Shown here in pieces: positions 39,985 through 48,223 of a stretch of 64,000 nucleotides of DNA; the first letter of the stretch is position 1, and each line of letters begins with the position of its first letter. Below the pieces are notes generated by a model that saw nothing but the letters and a program-made list of their open reading frames with translations, was not told the origin of the DNA and did no database searches. Both the position numbers and the translations under genes were made by a program. Source of the stretch: Escherichia phage MN01. Location of the stretch: sequence record MT129652.1. One strand, 5' to 3'.

Positions 39985-40443
39985 ATGACTACTATCGATT
40001 CAAGTGTTTACATTCGCCGCAATAAACTTCGTCGCATTTTTGAAACGGAGTTCCTCAAAATTAATAATGCTATCAACAAGGCTTGTAAAGAAGCAGGCCT
40101 TGAAGCATTCTTCATTAAGTACAGTCCGCACCTGTTGGACCGTGCAATCCAACGTGAAATTGATGAACAATATGTTTTTGACTTGTTTGGAAAAATCACA
40201 CCACATGTAAAAGAAATCGTTGAATTCCTGGAGATGAAACCACTCCCGGAAGTTGAAGCACAAATTGACCCGAATGTGAACTACCGTCCACTTCGTCTGG
40301 AAATCACAGACAAGAACCTGTGGTTAGGAATGACAGTTAACCCGGCTCTTCCTGGGAAGTCTCCAACCATGTGTTGTCGTATGGCGTTTGTTAACTCTAA
40401 TCGTCTGGAAGGAAAAATTAGCACAAAAGTAATTTATATCTAA
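39985..40443 (+). CDS. regB: RegB-like sequence-specific endoribonuclease
   Basis: start moved to MTTIDSSVYIRRNKLRR; blocks IRRNKLRR, SPHLLDRAIQREIDE, RLEITDKNLWLG match my recollection of T4 RegB; AAGGAGA Shine-Dalgarno. Confidence 0.7.
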   Translation: MTTIDSSVYIRRNKLRRIFETEFLKINNAINKACKEAGLEAFFIKYSPHLLDRAIQREIDEQYVFDLFGKITPHVKEIVEFLEMKPLPEVEAQIDPNVNYRPLRLEITDKNLWLGMTVNPALPGKSPTMCCRMAFVNSNRLEGKISTKVIYI

Positions 40444-40453
40444 TGGGGAATTC

Positions 40454-40996
40454 ATGAAAAAAGTAATCGCCACCTTACTATTGACAGTTAGTATGTCTGC
40501 CCATAGCGTAGAGCCTACTTTCAGTAATGAACAAATGGGAAACCTCCAATATGCTTATGCGTTTGGAGAACAGTTCCAGAAAAATGGTAAGTACAAAGAA
40601 AATCCGCACCAACATAATGGTTTGGGATATATCATGGCTGGTTTAGCCTGGCAGGAAAGTTCTGCCGGGATTAATACTGGATTAAATAAAGATAAGCACC
40701 ATGCATATGGTATATTCCAAAATTATCTTCCAACCATTCGCGAACGCGTGAAACAGGTTGGGTGGACAATGACAGATAAAGAAATAATCAAGATGATAAG
40801 CAAGAGAGAGAACAGCGCACGTTGGGCTTACATTGAGCTTTCATACTGGTTGAATATTCATAAGGGGGATATAAGAAAAACACTATCATCATATAACGCA
40901 GGGTGGAATGTGAAAGCTGGTAATACGTATGCTTCGCAGGTCCTAGAAAAAGCTAACTACTTAAAATCACGAGGCCTATTAAAAACGGTGGATTAA
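40454..40996 (+). CDS. secreted lytic transglycosylase-like protein
   Basis: signal peptide MKKVIATLLLTVSMSAHS; SLT-like motifs (AWQESS, YGIFQ, SYNAG). Confidence 0.5.
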   Translation: MKKVIATLLLTVSMSAHSVEPTFSNEQMGNLQYAYAFGEQFQKNGKYKENPHQHNGLGYIMAGLAWQESSAGINTGLNKDKHHAYGIFQNYLPTIRERVKQVGWTMTDKEIIKMISKRENSARWAYIELSYWLNIHKGDIRKTLSSYNAGWNVKAGNTYASQVLEKANYLKSRGLLKTVD

Positions 40997-40998
40997 AA

Positions 40999-41358
40999 AT
41001 GGTAAGAGTTATCACTTTAGCCATAGGGTTAGTATTCAGCATGGGAGGAATAGCTTCAGTACAGAGCGACGACAACAACAGCATCATAGAATATGCAACG
41101 AGGACGGCTAAAGATTATTGCGCAGCAAGCAATGTGGATTGTGTAATCCAGTTCAGCGCCAAGCTCACCGCAGCCTATAAAGACGGCCAAAATGATGTTG
41201 AACACACGCTTTTGAAAAAGAATGTATTGTCCAACAAATATGAAAAGAAATTATTTGAAATGGATTGCATTCTGTCAAGTGCAAAATATAAGGCGGCCTG
41301 CACCAGTATGGTGGACAGGTTAGTGGATTCATATAATAGAGGATTGAACTCTAAATGA
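40999..41358 (+). CDS. secreted/periplasmic protein, hypothetical
   Basis: N-terminal signal-anchor; six Cys. Confidence 0.45.
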   Translation: MVRVITLAIGLVFSMGGIASVQSDDNNSIIEYATRTAKDYCAASNVDCVIQFSAKLTAAYKDGQNDVEHTLLKKNVLSNKYEKKLFEMDCILSSAKYKAACTSMVDRLVDSYNRGLNSK

Positions 41359-41828
41359 TTACCCAGTATATTAAGGGCGATATCGTCGCCCTCTTTCTTC
41401 AAGGCAATATTATTGCACATGGTTGCAACTGCTTCCACACAATGGGTTCTGGCGTAGCTGGACAGTTGGCGAAGGCTTATCCAAAAGTTTTAGAAATAGA
41501 TAAAACCACTACTGAATACGGTTCCAGAGAAAAACTCGGTGATATGTCTATTGTTTTTAAACATAAACCTATTGGGTTTGGTATGTGCTATAATTTGTAC
41601 ACCCAATATGAACCGGGCCCTAATCTTGATTATGGTGCTTTAGTAAATTGTATGATAGAATTAAATCTACAGGCAGAAACCCTTTTGTTTAAACCTGTAA
41701 TTTATATTCCTCGTATTGGTTGTGGTATTGCCGGTGGGGATTGGGAAAAGGTCTCTGTATTAATTGACATGTTTACTCCTGACATTGATTTAATAGTGGT
41801 GGATTATGAGCCAAGCTCGAATTCTTAA
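41355..41828 (+). CDS. macrodomain protein (TARG1/DarG-like ADP-ribose hydrolase fold)
   Basis: N-terminal IAHGCNCFHTMGSGVAGQLAKAYP resembles the TARG1/DarG macrodomain signature (AHCxS..MGAGIA..FK); C-terminal IPRIGCGIAGGDW matches the phosphate-binding G-x-G-x-A-G loop. Confidence 0.6.
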   Translation: MITQYIKGDIVALFLQGNIIAHGCNCFHTMGSGVAGQLAKAYPKVLEIDKTTTEYGSREKLGDMSIVFKHKPIGFGMCYNLYTQYEPGPNLDYGALVNCMIELNLQAETLLFKPVIYIPRIGCGIAGGDWEKVSVLIDMFTPDIDLIVVDYEPSSNS

Positions 41829-42012
41829 AACGGCCAAATGTGAAAAATGCGAATGGCCAGTAATCGCAGCTTTATGCAACGATGAAATGAATTGCGAATA
41901 TGATTACTGGTGGTACTGTTCTAATAAAGGATGTTCTAATCATAAGGGTGAAGGTTTTCATTCTGGTTATTGCGAACATCCTAAATTTGTGCGATATGGT
42001 GAACCGAAATGA
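41806..42012 (+). CDS. Cys-rich small protein (putative zinc-binding)
   Basis: 68 aa with CxxC, CNDEMNC, CSNKGC, C..H spacing. Confidence 0.45.
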   Translation: MSQARILKTAKCEKCEWPVIAALCNDEMNCEYDYWWYCSNKGCSNHKGEGFHSGYCEHPKFVRYGEPK

Positions 42013-42194
42013 GTTTAAGTATTAGTCAGAAAAGTAGATTATTTGAGCTTATTCATGAGCTTTTGGATGAGCATGCAGAAGCAAACGCTTTTTACGATGA
42101 ATATGGCCCGATAGATGCCGAACATCAGGAAGAATTTGCTAATCGATTTGATGAGAAAGAAAACGAATTAATAGCTTATGTGAATACACTTTAA
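42009..42194 (+). CDS. small acidic protein, hypothetical
   Basis: 61 aa, ATGA coupling. Confidence 0.4.
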   Translation: MSLSISQKSRLFELIHELLDEHAEANAFYDEYGPIDAEHQEEFANRFDEKENELIAYVNTL

Positions 42195-42203
42195 GAAGGT
42201 GAT

Positions 42204-42776
42204 ATGGCGAGTTTAATTTATCATTACGCAGCAATGAATGCAGGCAAAACAGCTTCATTGCTGACTGCAGCTTATTCCTATAAAGAGCGTGGAATGAGTG
42301 TGCTTTTGCTAAAACCTGTTATTGATAATCGGGACTCGGAATCTGAAATTAAATCACGCATCGGTATTAGCCAGGAAGCAAACCTGGTAACGGCCGACAT
42401 GAACCTGTTTGAATTCTATAAATGGGCCGAGTCTCAAAAGGATATCCATTGTGTCCTGGTCGATGAAGCTCAATTTTTGTTACCAGAGCAAATTGACCAG
42501 TTAGCTCAAGTGGTTGATAATTACAATATCCCCGTTATGTGTTACGGGCTAAGAACAGATTTTCGGGGCCAATTATTTCCCGGTTCGGCCAGACTTCTGG
42601 CTATTTCAGATAAACTGGTTGAATTAAAAGGCGTCTGTCATTGCGGCCGGAAAGCAACCATGACCGCTCGAGTAATCGACGGTGCTGCTGTAAAGGACGG
42701 CGAGCAAGTATTGGTCGGTGGGAATGAATCGTACGTATCTTTATGCAGAAAACATTGGCTCGAATTAACAAGCTGA
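42204..42776 (+). CDS. tk: thymidine kinase
   Basis: P-loop MNAGKT; C-terminal zinc ribbon CHCGRKAT...C; length matches T4 Tk. Confidence 0.92.
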   Translation: MASLIYHYAAMNAGKTASLLTAAYSYKERGMSVLLLKPVIDNRDSESEIKSRIGISQEANLVTADMNLFEFYKWAESQKDIHCVLVDEAQFLLPEQIDQLAQVVDNYNIPVMCYGLRTDFRGQLFPGSARLLAISDKLVELKGVCHCGRKATMTARVIDGAAVKDGEQVLVGGNESYVSLCRKHWLELTS

Positions 42777-42783
42777 GGTTCGC

Positions 42784-43059
42784 ATGGTATACAAGGTTTG
42801 GACGTATATCTCTATTTTGATATTTCTGGTTCTGGTTTTTGTTCCTATGCAACAGGACCAGGAAAGGTATGAGCGCGAAGTCGAAATCGTGGCAAGTACC
42901 TATCACTCGTTCAATAAAGAGTGTCCTAATAAAAATGGAATAAGCCTGCAACAAGCATACTATTTGTCAACGGTCACCAGTCCAAAACAACGGGTCTGGG
43001 TCGAACGTAATTTTGCAAGTTTATTTTCAGAGTACTGCTTTAATTTTAAACGTTTATAA
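42784..43059 (+). CDS. membrane-anchored protein, hypothetical
   Basis: 91 aa; N-terminal transmembrane segment. Confidence 0.45.
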   Translation: MVYKVWTYISILIFLVLVFVPMQQDQERYEREVEIVASTYHSFNKECPNKNGISLQQAYYLSTVTSPKQRVWVERNFASLFSEYCFNFKRL

Positions 43060-43131
43060 ATACAGTTGCTAACTAGTATTCCGCTATGTTAAGGCTGCAA
43101 AGCGTAATCATGACCAACAATAGGAGTCCTT

Positions 43132-43425
43132 ATGGACCTTATTCGAGGACTTTCATTAAGTCTAATAATCCTGGGCTGTTTAGGTCCAAATCTGTCCTCT
43201 GCAGCAGAGGGGAAGTTTACCCAATATGCAGATAGTGCGATGAAGATTTATTCGCAATTCAAAGAACCAAGCGTACATCAATCCGAACAGTTCTGGGCAT
43301 TTATCAAGACTGAATGGAACAACAAAAGCCAATGCGAAACCGAAATCACCTGCAAAAGCGATGGTAAAGCTGCGGCGAGAGAGTATGCTAAATTAATGAA
43401 GGTAAAATTGGAAGATGAAATTTGA
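43132..43425 (+). CDS. rI: lysis inhibition regulator RI-like (antiholin)
   Basis: 97 aa, same length as T4 RI; signal-anchor N-terminus; FWAFIKTEW..C..C..KLMKVKLE resembles the T4 RI periplasmic domain. Confidence 0.65.
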   Translation: MDLIRGLSLSLIILGCLGPNLSSAAEGKFTQYADSAMKIYSQFKEPSVHQSEQFWAFIKTEWNNKSQCETEITCKSDGKAAAREYAKLMKVKLEDEI

Positions 43426-43798
43426 TGATTTCGTAACGGGTCGTGGGTCTGAGGTGGATTCATACATTGGGTGGTTGTTAGTCTCTTTGGCTTATTTTAA
43501 GTCTGCCCATCTTGAAACCAAAAGTTACGCCCGCCATAAAGCTTATGATTTCTACTTCACAGAAATCCAAGGTCCACTCGACCAGTTCAGTGAGCAATGG
43601 TTAGGTTACAGCGGGAAACAATACAAAGCTGCATTACCGTCCGCCTCGGACTTGCCGAAAGATACAATTTTGTTTTTAGATGAAATGATTAAAAGCTCGG
43701 AAAGAGTCTATAAAGTTGTACCCAAGGCTATTCAATCGACTCTGGACGATATCGTTGGAGTTTTCTTTCAGACTAAGTATCTGTTAACACTAGAGTAA
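43415..43798 (+). CDS. hypothetical protein
   Basis: 127 aa ORF followed by a terminator. Confidence 0.45.
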   Translation: MKFDDFVTGRGSEVDSYIGWLLVSLAYFKSAHLETKSYARHKAYDFYFTEIQGPLDQFSEQWLGYSGKQYKAALPSASDLPKDTILFLDEMIKSSERVYKVVPKAIQSTLDDIVGVFFQTKYLLTLE

Positions 43799-43803
43799 TT
43801 CAA

Positions 43804-43831
43804 AAGGTCTGCCTTCGGGTGGACCTTTTTT
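43804..43831 (+). terminator. rho-independent terminator followed by an early promoter cassette
   Basis: AAGGTC..GACCTT stem plus T6; downstream GTTTAC and conserved leader before the ATG at 43900. Confidence 0.6.
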
Positions 43832-43899
43832 CATTTAGGGGGTTTACATCCTCATAAAAAGGGTGTACTATTATCCCATCAACTACTGAGGAGAACACA

Positions 43900-44103
43900 A
43901 TGAGAATTAAAAATATTAAGATTGATGCAGTTAATACTGGTGATGAGGTTGTTATCTATCTTAATGATTATGCAATCTTTATGGACAGTGCCACTGATGA
44001 AGAAGTGGTTGAACTCTTACAGAAAGCTCCATTTGAACTGTGTGAAGAAGATGCTACTCATCTTTCATCAGCAATTTTCTCATTATCATATGTGGTGGAA
44101 TAA
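43900..44103 (+). CDS. hypothetical protein
   Basis: 67 aa; GAGGAGAA Shine-Dalgarno. Confidence 0.45.
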   Translation: MRIKNIKIDAVNTGDEVVIYLNDYAIFMDSATDEEVVELLQKAPFELCEEDATHLSSAIFSLSYVVE

Positions 44104-44339
44104 TGAAACTTACAAATACCATGGTTTCATTGGAATATGAAACCAATAATCATATTCTTGAAATTAAGATATTTGATGACGGAAGCATATTTGCTGATTA
44201 CCGCGGATATAGAATTCGTCTGGAAAAGGACGAGCTCAAAGAGCCATGGCTCCTTAAAGACACTTTAAAGGGTTGTGGGTGTAAGCTGAAGACCACTCAA
44301 GCCCAAGAATTAATTTCTACCATCAAAAAATACTGGTGA
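44103..44339 (+). CDS. hypothetical protein
   Basis: 78 aa, ATGA coupling. Confidence 0.45.
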   Translation: MKLTNTMVSLEYETNNHILEIKIFDDGSIFADYRGYRIRLEKDELKEPWLLKDTLKGCGCKLKTTQAQELISTIKKYW

Positions 44340-44343
44340 TATT

Positions 44344-44526
44344 ATGTTAACTACTGAACAGATTGAACAAATCCTTAAACTTGCTACTGCTATTGAACGC
44401 GATTCTTATGATAGTGCAGTAGAACATTGTGAAGGCTATTCATATTCCGGAATAGAGCAGTGTAAACGAGATTTAGCGAATTCTAAAGCAGCATTGGTTG
44501 AGTATCTGAATGAGTTGAAAGAATAA
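44344..44526 (+). CDS. hypothetical protein
   Basis: 60 aa ORF. Confidence 0.4.
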   Translation: MLTTEQIEQILKLATAIERDSYDSAVEHCEGYSYSGIEQCKRDLANSKAALVEYLNELKE

Positions 44527-44783
44527 TGGCTGTTGGATTTGCAAAAGATGGTGCTGAACAGTTAGAGATGGAAGCGGTTGTACAAGCCGCTATCATCCAT
44601 GCGAGAGCACAGGTTACAGTTGAAAGGGAGTCTGCTGAATTCTGCTTTGACTGCGACGAAAAAATTCCTGAAGCGCGGAGACAAGCGATTAAAGGTGTGA
44701 TATATTGTGTTGGTTGTCAATCAATGCATGATGAAATTTTTAAACGTGAGCCACGTAACTGCTGGCATAGGAGCATGAGATGA
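44526..44783 (+). CDS. TraR/DksA-type C4 zinc-finger protein
   Basis: CFDCDEKIPEARRQAIKGVIYCVGCQ matches the TraR/DksA zinc-finger pattern Cx2Cx17Cx2C with the conserved IPEAR. Confidence 0.6.
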   Translation: MAVGFAKDGAEQLEMEAVVQAAIIHARAQVTVERESAEFCFDCDEKIPEARRQAIKGVIYCVGCQSMHDEIFKREPRNCWHRSMR

Positions 44784-44874
44784 TTTACTATCTTGAACCT
44801 TGGGCTTGGCTTACAATGCTTATTGGTCCAGTTTTAATAGGTTTATTCTTTTCATGGTTAGCGAGGAAACTGTA

Positions 44875-45072
44875 ATGTTATACGACCCAAGTGGTAATTC
44901 TGAAGACGGTATTATTGTCCTTTTGGCAGATGTTGAAGAGTCTGACGATGACATTTTTGTTAAAGATTGGGAAGAAAAAGGCGGAATAACAATCCAGCAA
45001 GAAAATGATATGATTTGTCTGAATGCGAGCCAAGTCGAAGAACTGTACAGTATTTTAAAACACAACCGTTGA
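44875..45072 (+). CDS. small acidic protein, hypothetical
   Basis: start moved to the Met after GAGGAAA. Confidence 0.4.
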   Translation: MLYDPSGNSEDGIIVLLADVEESDDDIFVKDWEEKGGITIQQENDMICLNASQVEELYSILKHNR

Positions 45073-45082
45073 GGAACAGAAA

Positions 45083-45643
45083 ATGATTATTGAAACAACT
45101 GAATTGTTTGGCGAACTGACCGCTGAAGTAGTTAATAATGCAATTGAGCTTTGTCAAGAAGACGATAAAATCGTACTGACTATCCAAGATATTAAACCAC
45201 TTTATGATTTAAAGGTTTTGGATAAAGATGAATATCTTAGCGGTAGTTTTAGTGGTGTATTTGATATTAACGATGATGTATGTGCTCGCATTTATAAGAA
45301 CGATGGCGGGTTTAATATTGAAACAGATGAAAAATGCCTGAGCATTAGTAATTCTGATAAATTCTTTAAATGTATTTTCAAACTGTTCCAGGAAGAATGC
45401 AAGCCAGAAGTCGAATGGAAAGTCCCTGGACAAGATGCACTGATTCGCTCTAGTGAAACCTTTGACGGTGACGAAGAGGAATTGAATTATAATACCGAAC
45501 TGACTGTTGTTCAACATGACGGTCGTGACCAACTATGTATTACCCAAGTACACGATGGTTTTAATGAAGTGGTATTTACTAAAGACGAGCTAAAAGTTTT
45601 AGTCTCTTATCTGAACTCTGTTATCCCAACTATGAACTCTTAA
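45083..45643 (+). CDS. hypothetical protein
   Basis: 186 aa acidic ORF. Confidence 0.5.
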   Translation: MIIETTELFGELTAEVVNNAIELCQEDDKIVLTIQDIKPLYDLKVLDKDEYLSGSFSGVFDINDDVCARIYKNDGGFNIETDEKCLSISNSDKFFKCIFKLFQEECKPEVEWKVPGQDALIRSSETFDGDEEELNYNTELTVVQHDGRDQLCITQVHDGFNEVVFTKDELKVLVSYLNSVIPTMNS

Positions 45644-45653
45644 GGAAAATATT

Positions 45654-46106
45654 ATGATTATCAATTCAAACTCTTGGCACGTTAAATTACACGACCGTTT
45701 TTATGACCGTCATTCTCGACCACACTCTTTGTGTGCTTATTTCTGGAAAATGATTTGGGCTTGTTTTGCTTGTGCTATTGTTGCAGGTAGTACGCTTTTT
45801 GGATTAACTGTTGCAGGCGCTGGTGTATTAGAACATTTCTTTGTATTAAGTACTCCTGTTCTGTTGAGTCTAGGGTTTGTTTTAGGGTTGGCTGCAATAG
45901 CTCTTATTATTGCGCTATCCATTGGTTTGGCATTAGGTGCGATGAATTTACACGCATGGTATGATGCACGTATAGAAGAAAAGGAATGGCAACGTATTCA
46001 AGCTGAGCGGGAAGGCCGAGAAATTAAAGAAAATATCGTTATTCAATACATTAAAGCTCGTAAATCTAAGATGTGCCCGGTAATCCATTTTGAGGCGAAG
46101 AAATGA
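45654..46106 (+). CDS. membrane protein, hypothetical
   Basis: 150 aa; two or three transmembrane segments. Confidence 0.5.
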   Translation: MIINSNSWHVKLHDRFYDRHSRPHSLCAYFWKMIWACFACAIVAGSTLFGLTVAGAGVLEHFFVLSTPVLLSLGFVLGLAAIALIIALSIGLALGAMNLHAWYDARIEEKEWQRIQAEREGREIKENIVIQYIKARKSKMCPVIHFEAKK

Positions 46107-47113
46107 GAACAGTTATGAAAGGCTACTTCGGTAGCCATCTTTATGGGACAAGTACTCCGGAATCTGATGTCGATTTTAAAGAAATCTTTGTTCCTCATCC
46201 GCGAGATATCCTGCTCGGAACCGCGATGAACCATACCAACCTGAACACAAATAACACGGCTACCAAAAATACAAAAGATGATGTTGACCATGAACTTTAT
46301 AGCCTGAAATATTTCTTTAAACTGGCAGCCGAAGGTGAAACCGTTGCCCTGGATATGATTCACACACCGGCTGACCTGGTAGTCAAATCCGATTTACCAG
46401 ATGTATGGAAGTTTATTCAAGACAACCGTTCGCGGTTCTATACAACTAACATGAAAGCCTATTTGGGGTATGTCCGTAAGCAAGCTTCCAAATATGGTGT
46501 TAAAGGTTCTCGATTGGCTGCACTGCGTGGTGTACTGGCAATCGTTAACCAGATTCCTGAACAGTGGGTCGACTATCAAGAAGGAATCCCTGATAAACTT
46601 CGTCGTACTAAGGTAGAAGATATCAAACATCGACTTCCTGAAAACGAGTTCTGTGAATGGGTATTCCATAACCATGAGAAAACAGGTCCTCAAACGTTCT
46701 ATACTGTCCTCGGACGTAAGTACCAAACTACTCTGTCATTGGTCGAGCTTAAGCAATCTCTGAATAAACTTGATGCCGAATATGGCGAACGTGCTCGTAA
46801 GGCTGAAGCTAATGAAGGTATTGACTGGAAAGCACTGAGCCATGCATATCGTGCAGGGTATCAATTGATGGAAATCTACCAAACAGGTGACTTGGTATTC
46901 CCATTGCGTGAAGCCTCTATCATTAAGCTGATTAAAGCTGGTGAATTACCATTTAAAGAAGTTCAAGAACTTCTTGAAGATACTGTCGATTTAGTTGAAG
47001 TTCTGGCCATCCAGGCTGCTAAGAATGGTATGCCTGCGAAGGTGGACATGAAGTTCTGGGACAAGTTTGTTGAAGAGGTATACCTTGACAACCACAATTC
47101 CTATTATCGTTAA
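46103..47113 (+). CDS. pol-beta superfamily nucleotidyltransferase, hypothetical
   Basis: N-terminal GSHLYGTSTPESDVDF is the canonical hG[GS]x9-13Dh[DE]h nucleotidyltransferase signature; 336 aa with helical C-terminal domain. Confidence 0.6.
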   Translation: MRTVMKGYFGSHLYGTSTPESDVDFKEIFVPHPRDILLGTAMNHTNLNTNNTATKNTKDDVDHELYSLKYFFKLAAEGETVALDMIHTPADLVVKSDLPDVWKFIQDNRSRFYTTNMKAYLGYVRKQASKYGVKGSRLAALRGVLAIVNQIPEQWVDYQEGIPDKLRRTKVEDIKHRLPENEFCEWVFHNHEKTGPQTFYTVLGRKYQTTLSLVELKQSLNKLDAEYGERARKAEANEGIDWKALSHAYRAGYQLMEIYQTGDLVFPLREASIIKLIKAGELPFKEVQELLEDTVDLVEVLAIQAAKNGMPAKVDMKFWDKFVEEVYLDNHNSYYR

Positions 47114-47308
47114 CAAAGAAATCAAGGTCTTCTTATCATACGGAAGACCTCATAAAGGCCGCCGATGGTATCTCGAAGCAGTCTGTCGAGAAACTGGTCG
47201 TCGAATCAATATCAAGTACACATGCAAACCAACACCCAAGCAAACTCGCAGGTTTGCTAATTGGGCTATCAATAATATCAGATTCCATAATTTTTGGAGT
47301 GCAATCTA

Positions 47309-47335
47309 AGGACCCTTCGGGGTCCTTTTTTATTT
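47309..47335 (+). terminator. rho-independent terminator
   Basis: AAGGACCC-TTCG-GGGTCCTT plus T-run. Confidence 0.65.
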
Positions 47336-47393
47336 TAAAGGTGTACAAACTTGTCTCTGTTGATGCATAATGAATTTTTACTAAGGAGCCATT

Positions 47394-47570
47394 ATGAATC
47401 ATATGAGACCTCGCGTATCCAAACAAACGCGAGAAGAAGCGATTGAACATTTTAAACGCCATCATGGAAGTCAATCATGCGAGGTGATTGTTGGTATCGA
47501 CATAGAAAAGATGAAGGAAACTGCCAAGCACTACCAGGGCAGGATTGATATTAAAAATTATATAAAGTAG
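47394..47570 (+). CDS. small basic protein, hypothetical (58 aa, below ORF-track cutoff)
   Basis: ATG preceded by AAGGAG Shine-Dalgarno and GTGTAC..CATAAT promoter; read by eye. Confidence 0.4.
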   Translation: MNHMRPRVSKQTREEAIEHFKRHHGSQSCEVIVGIDIEKMKETAKHYQGRIDIKNYIK

Positions 47571-47639
47571 TGTACATCAGTATGGGGATAGACGTATAAT
47601 GTTCCCATACTGAGTTACCAAATAAAAACGGAGAATAAA
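47570..47639 (+). repeat. promoter/leader cassette, direct repeat copy A
   Basis: GTGTACAT..TATGGGGATAGACGTATAATGTTCCCATACTGAGTTACCAAATA..GGAGAATAAA; near-identical to the copy at 48158. Confidence 0.8.
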
Positions 47640-47846
47640 ATGTTAGAATTAATCAAAGCTGCTGGTGAAAAAGGTCTGATGGTTAACACTCGTGACCCTG
47701 AACAACGTCAAGCATTTGGTGAGTTAAAAGCTAAAGGTCTGGTTAAAGCATCCCTTGGTATTGGTAATGCTTTGCGTGTGACTTTGACCCCTGCTGGTAA
47801 AGCAATGTTCTTCCCTAAACCATTACCAAAACGTCGTCGCAAGTGA
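47640..47846 (+). CDS. small protein with basic C-terminal tail, hypothetical
   Basis: 68 aa; C-terminal KPLPKRRRK. Confidence 0.45.
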   Translation: MLELIKAAGEKGLMVNTRDPEQRQAFGELKAKGLVKASLGIGNALRVTLTPAGKAMFFPKPLPKRRRK

Positions 47847-47852
47847 GGAATT

Positions 47853-48155
47853 ATGAAAAAGTATGAACTTGACATGATTGACGCATGTCTGAAATCTGCT
47901 GACCATTTTAAGTTGAAAATGCACAAGTTAAGAGGAATGGTCAAAACTCCAGAAGAGAAGAAGCGTTATGCTCTGAAGGAGAAATGTAAAGCTCTTATCA
48001 TGATGGATAAGATGCAAATGGTCGCCGCAGAAGCTCACAGAACACGTAAAGCTGAGGCCCTTGGTGTTTATATGGCGGAGCAGCTCCATCGCGCCCAGCA
48101 AGCCGTTAAGAGCGTCTGGTTCAGCGGTGAAAATACTGAAAGAACTTTTAATTAA
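47853..48155 (+). CDS. hypothetical protein
   Basis: 100 aa; AGGAA Shine-Dalgarno. Confidence 0.45.
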   Translation: MKKYELDMIDACLKSADHFKLKMHKLRGMVKTPEEKKRYALKEKCKALIMMDKMQMVAAEAHRTRKAEALGVYMAEQLHRAQQAVKSVWFSGENTERTFN

Positions 48156-48157
48156 AT

Positions 48158-48223
48158 GTGTACATAGTATGGGGATAGACGTATAATGTTCCCATACTGA
48201 GTTACCAAATACTGGAGAATAAA
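48158..48223 (+). repeat. promoter/leader cassette, direct repeat copy B
   Basis: about 90 percent identical to copy A. Confidence 0.8.

Noticed and set aside
47067-47309. 80-aa plus-strand ORF after the nucleotidyltransferase gene
   Set aside because: Its only Met lies inside the upstream gene; downstream of that gene's stop there is no in-frame ATG or Shine-Dalgarno, so it is treated as untranslated sequence.
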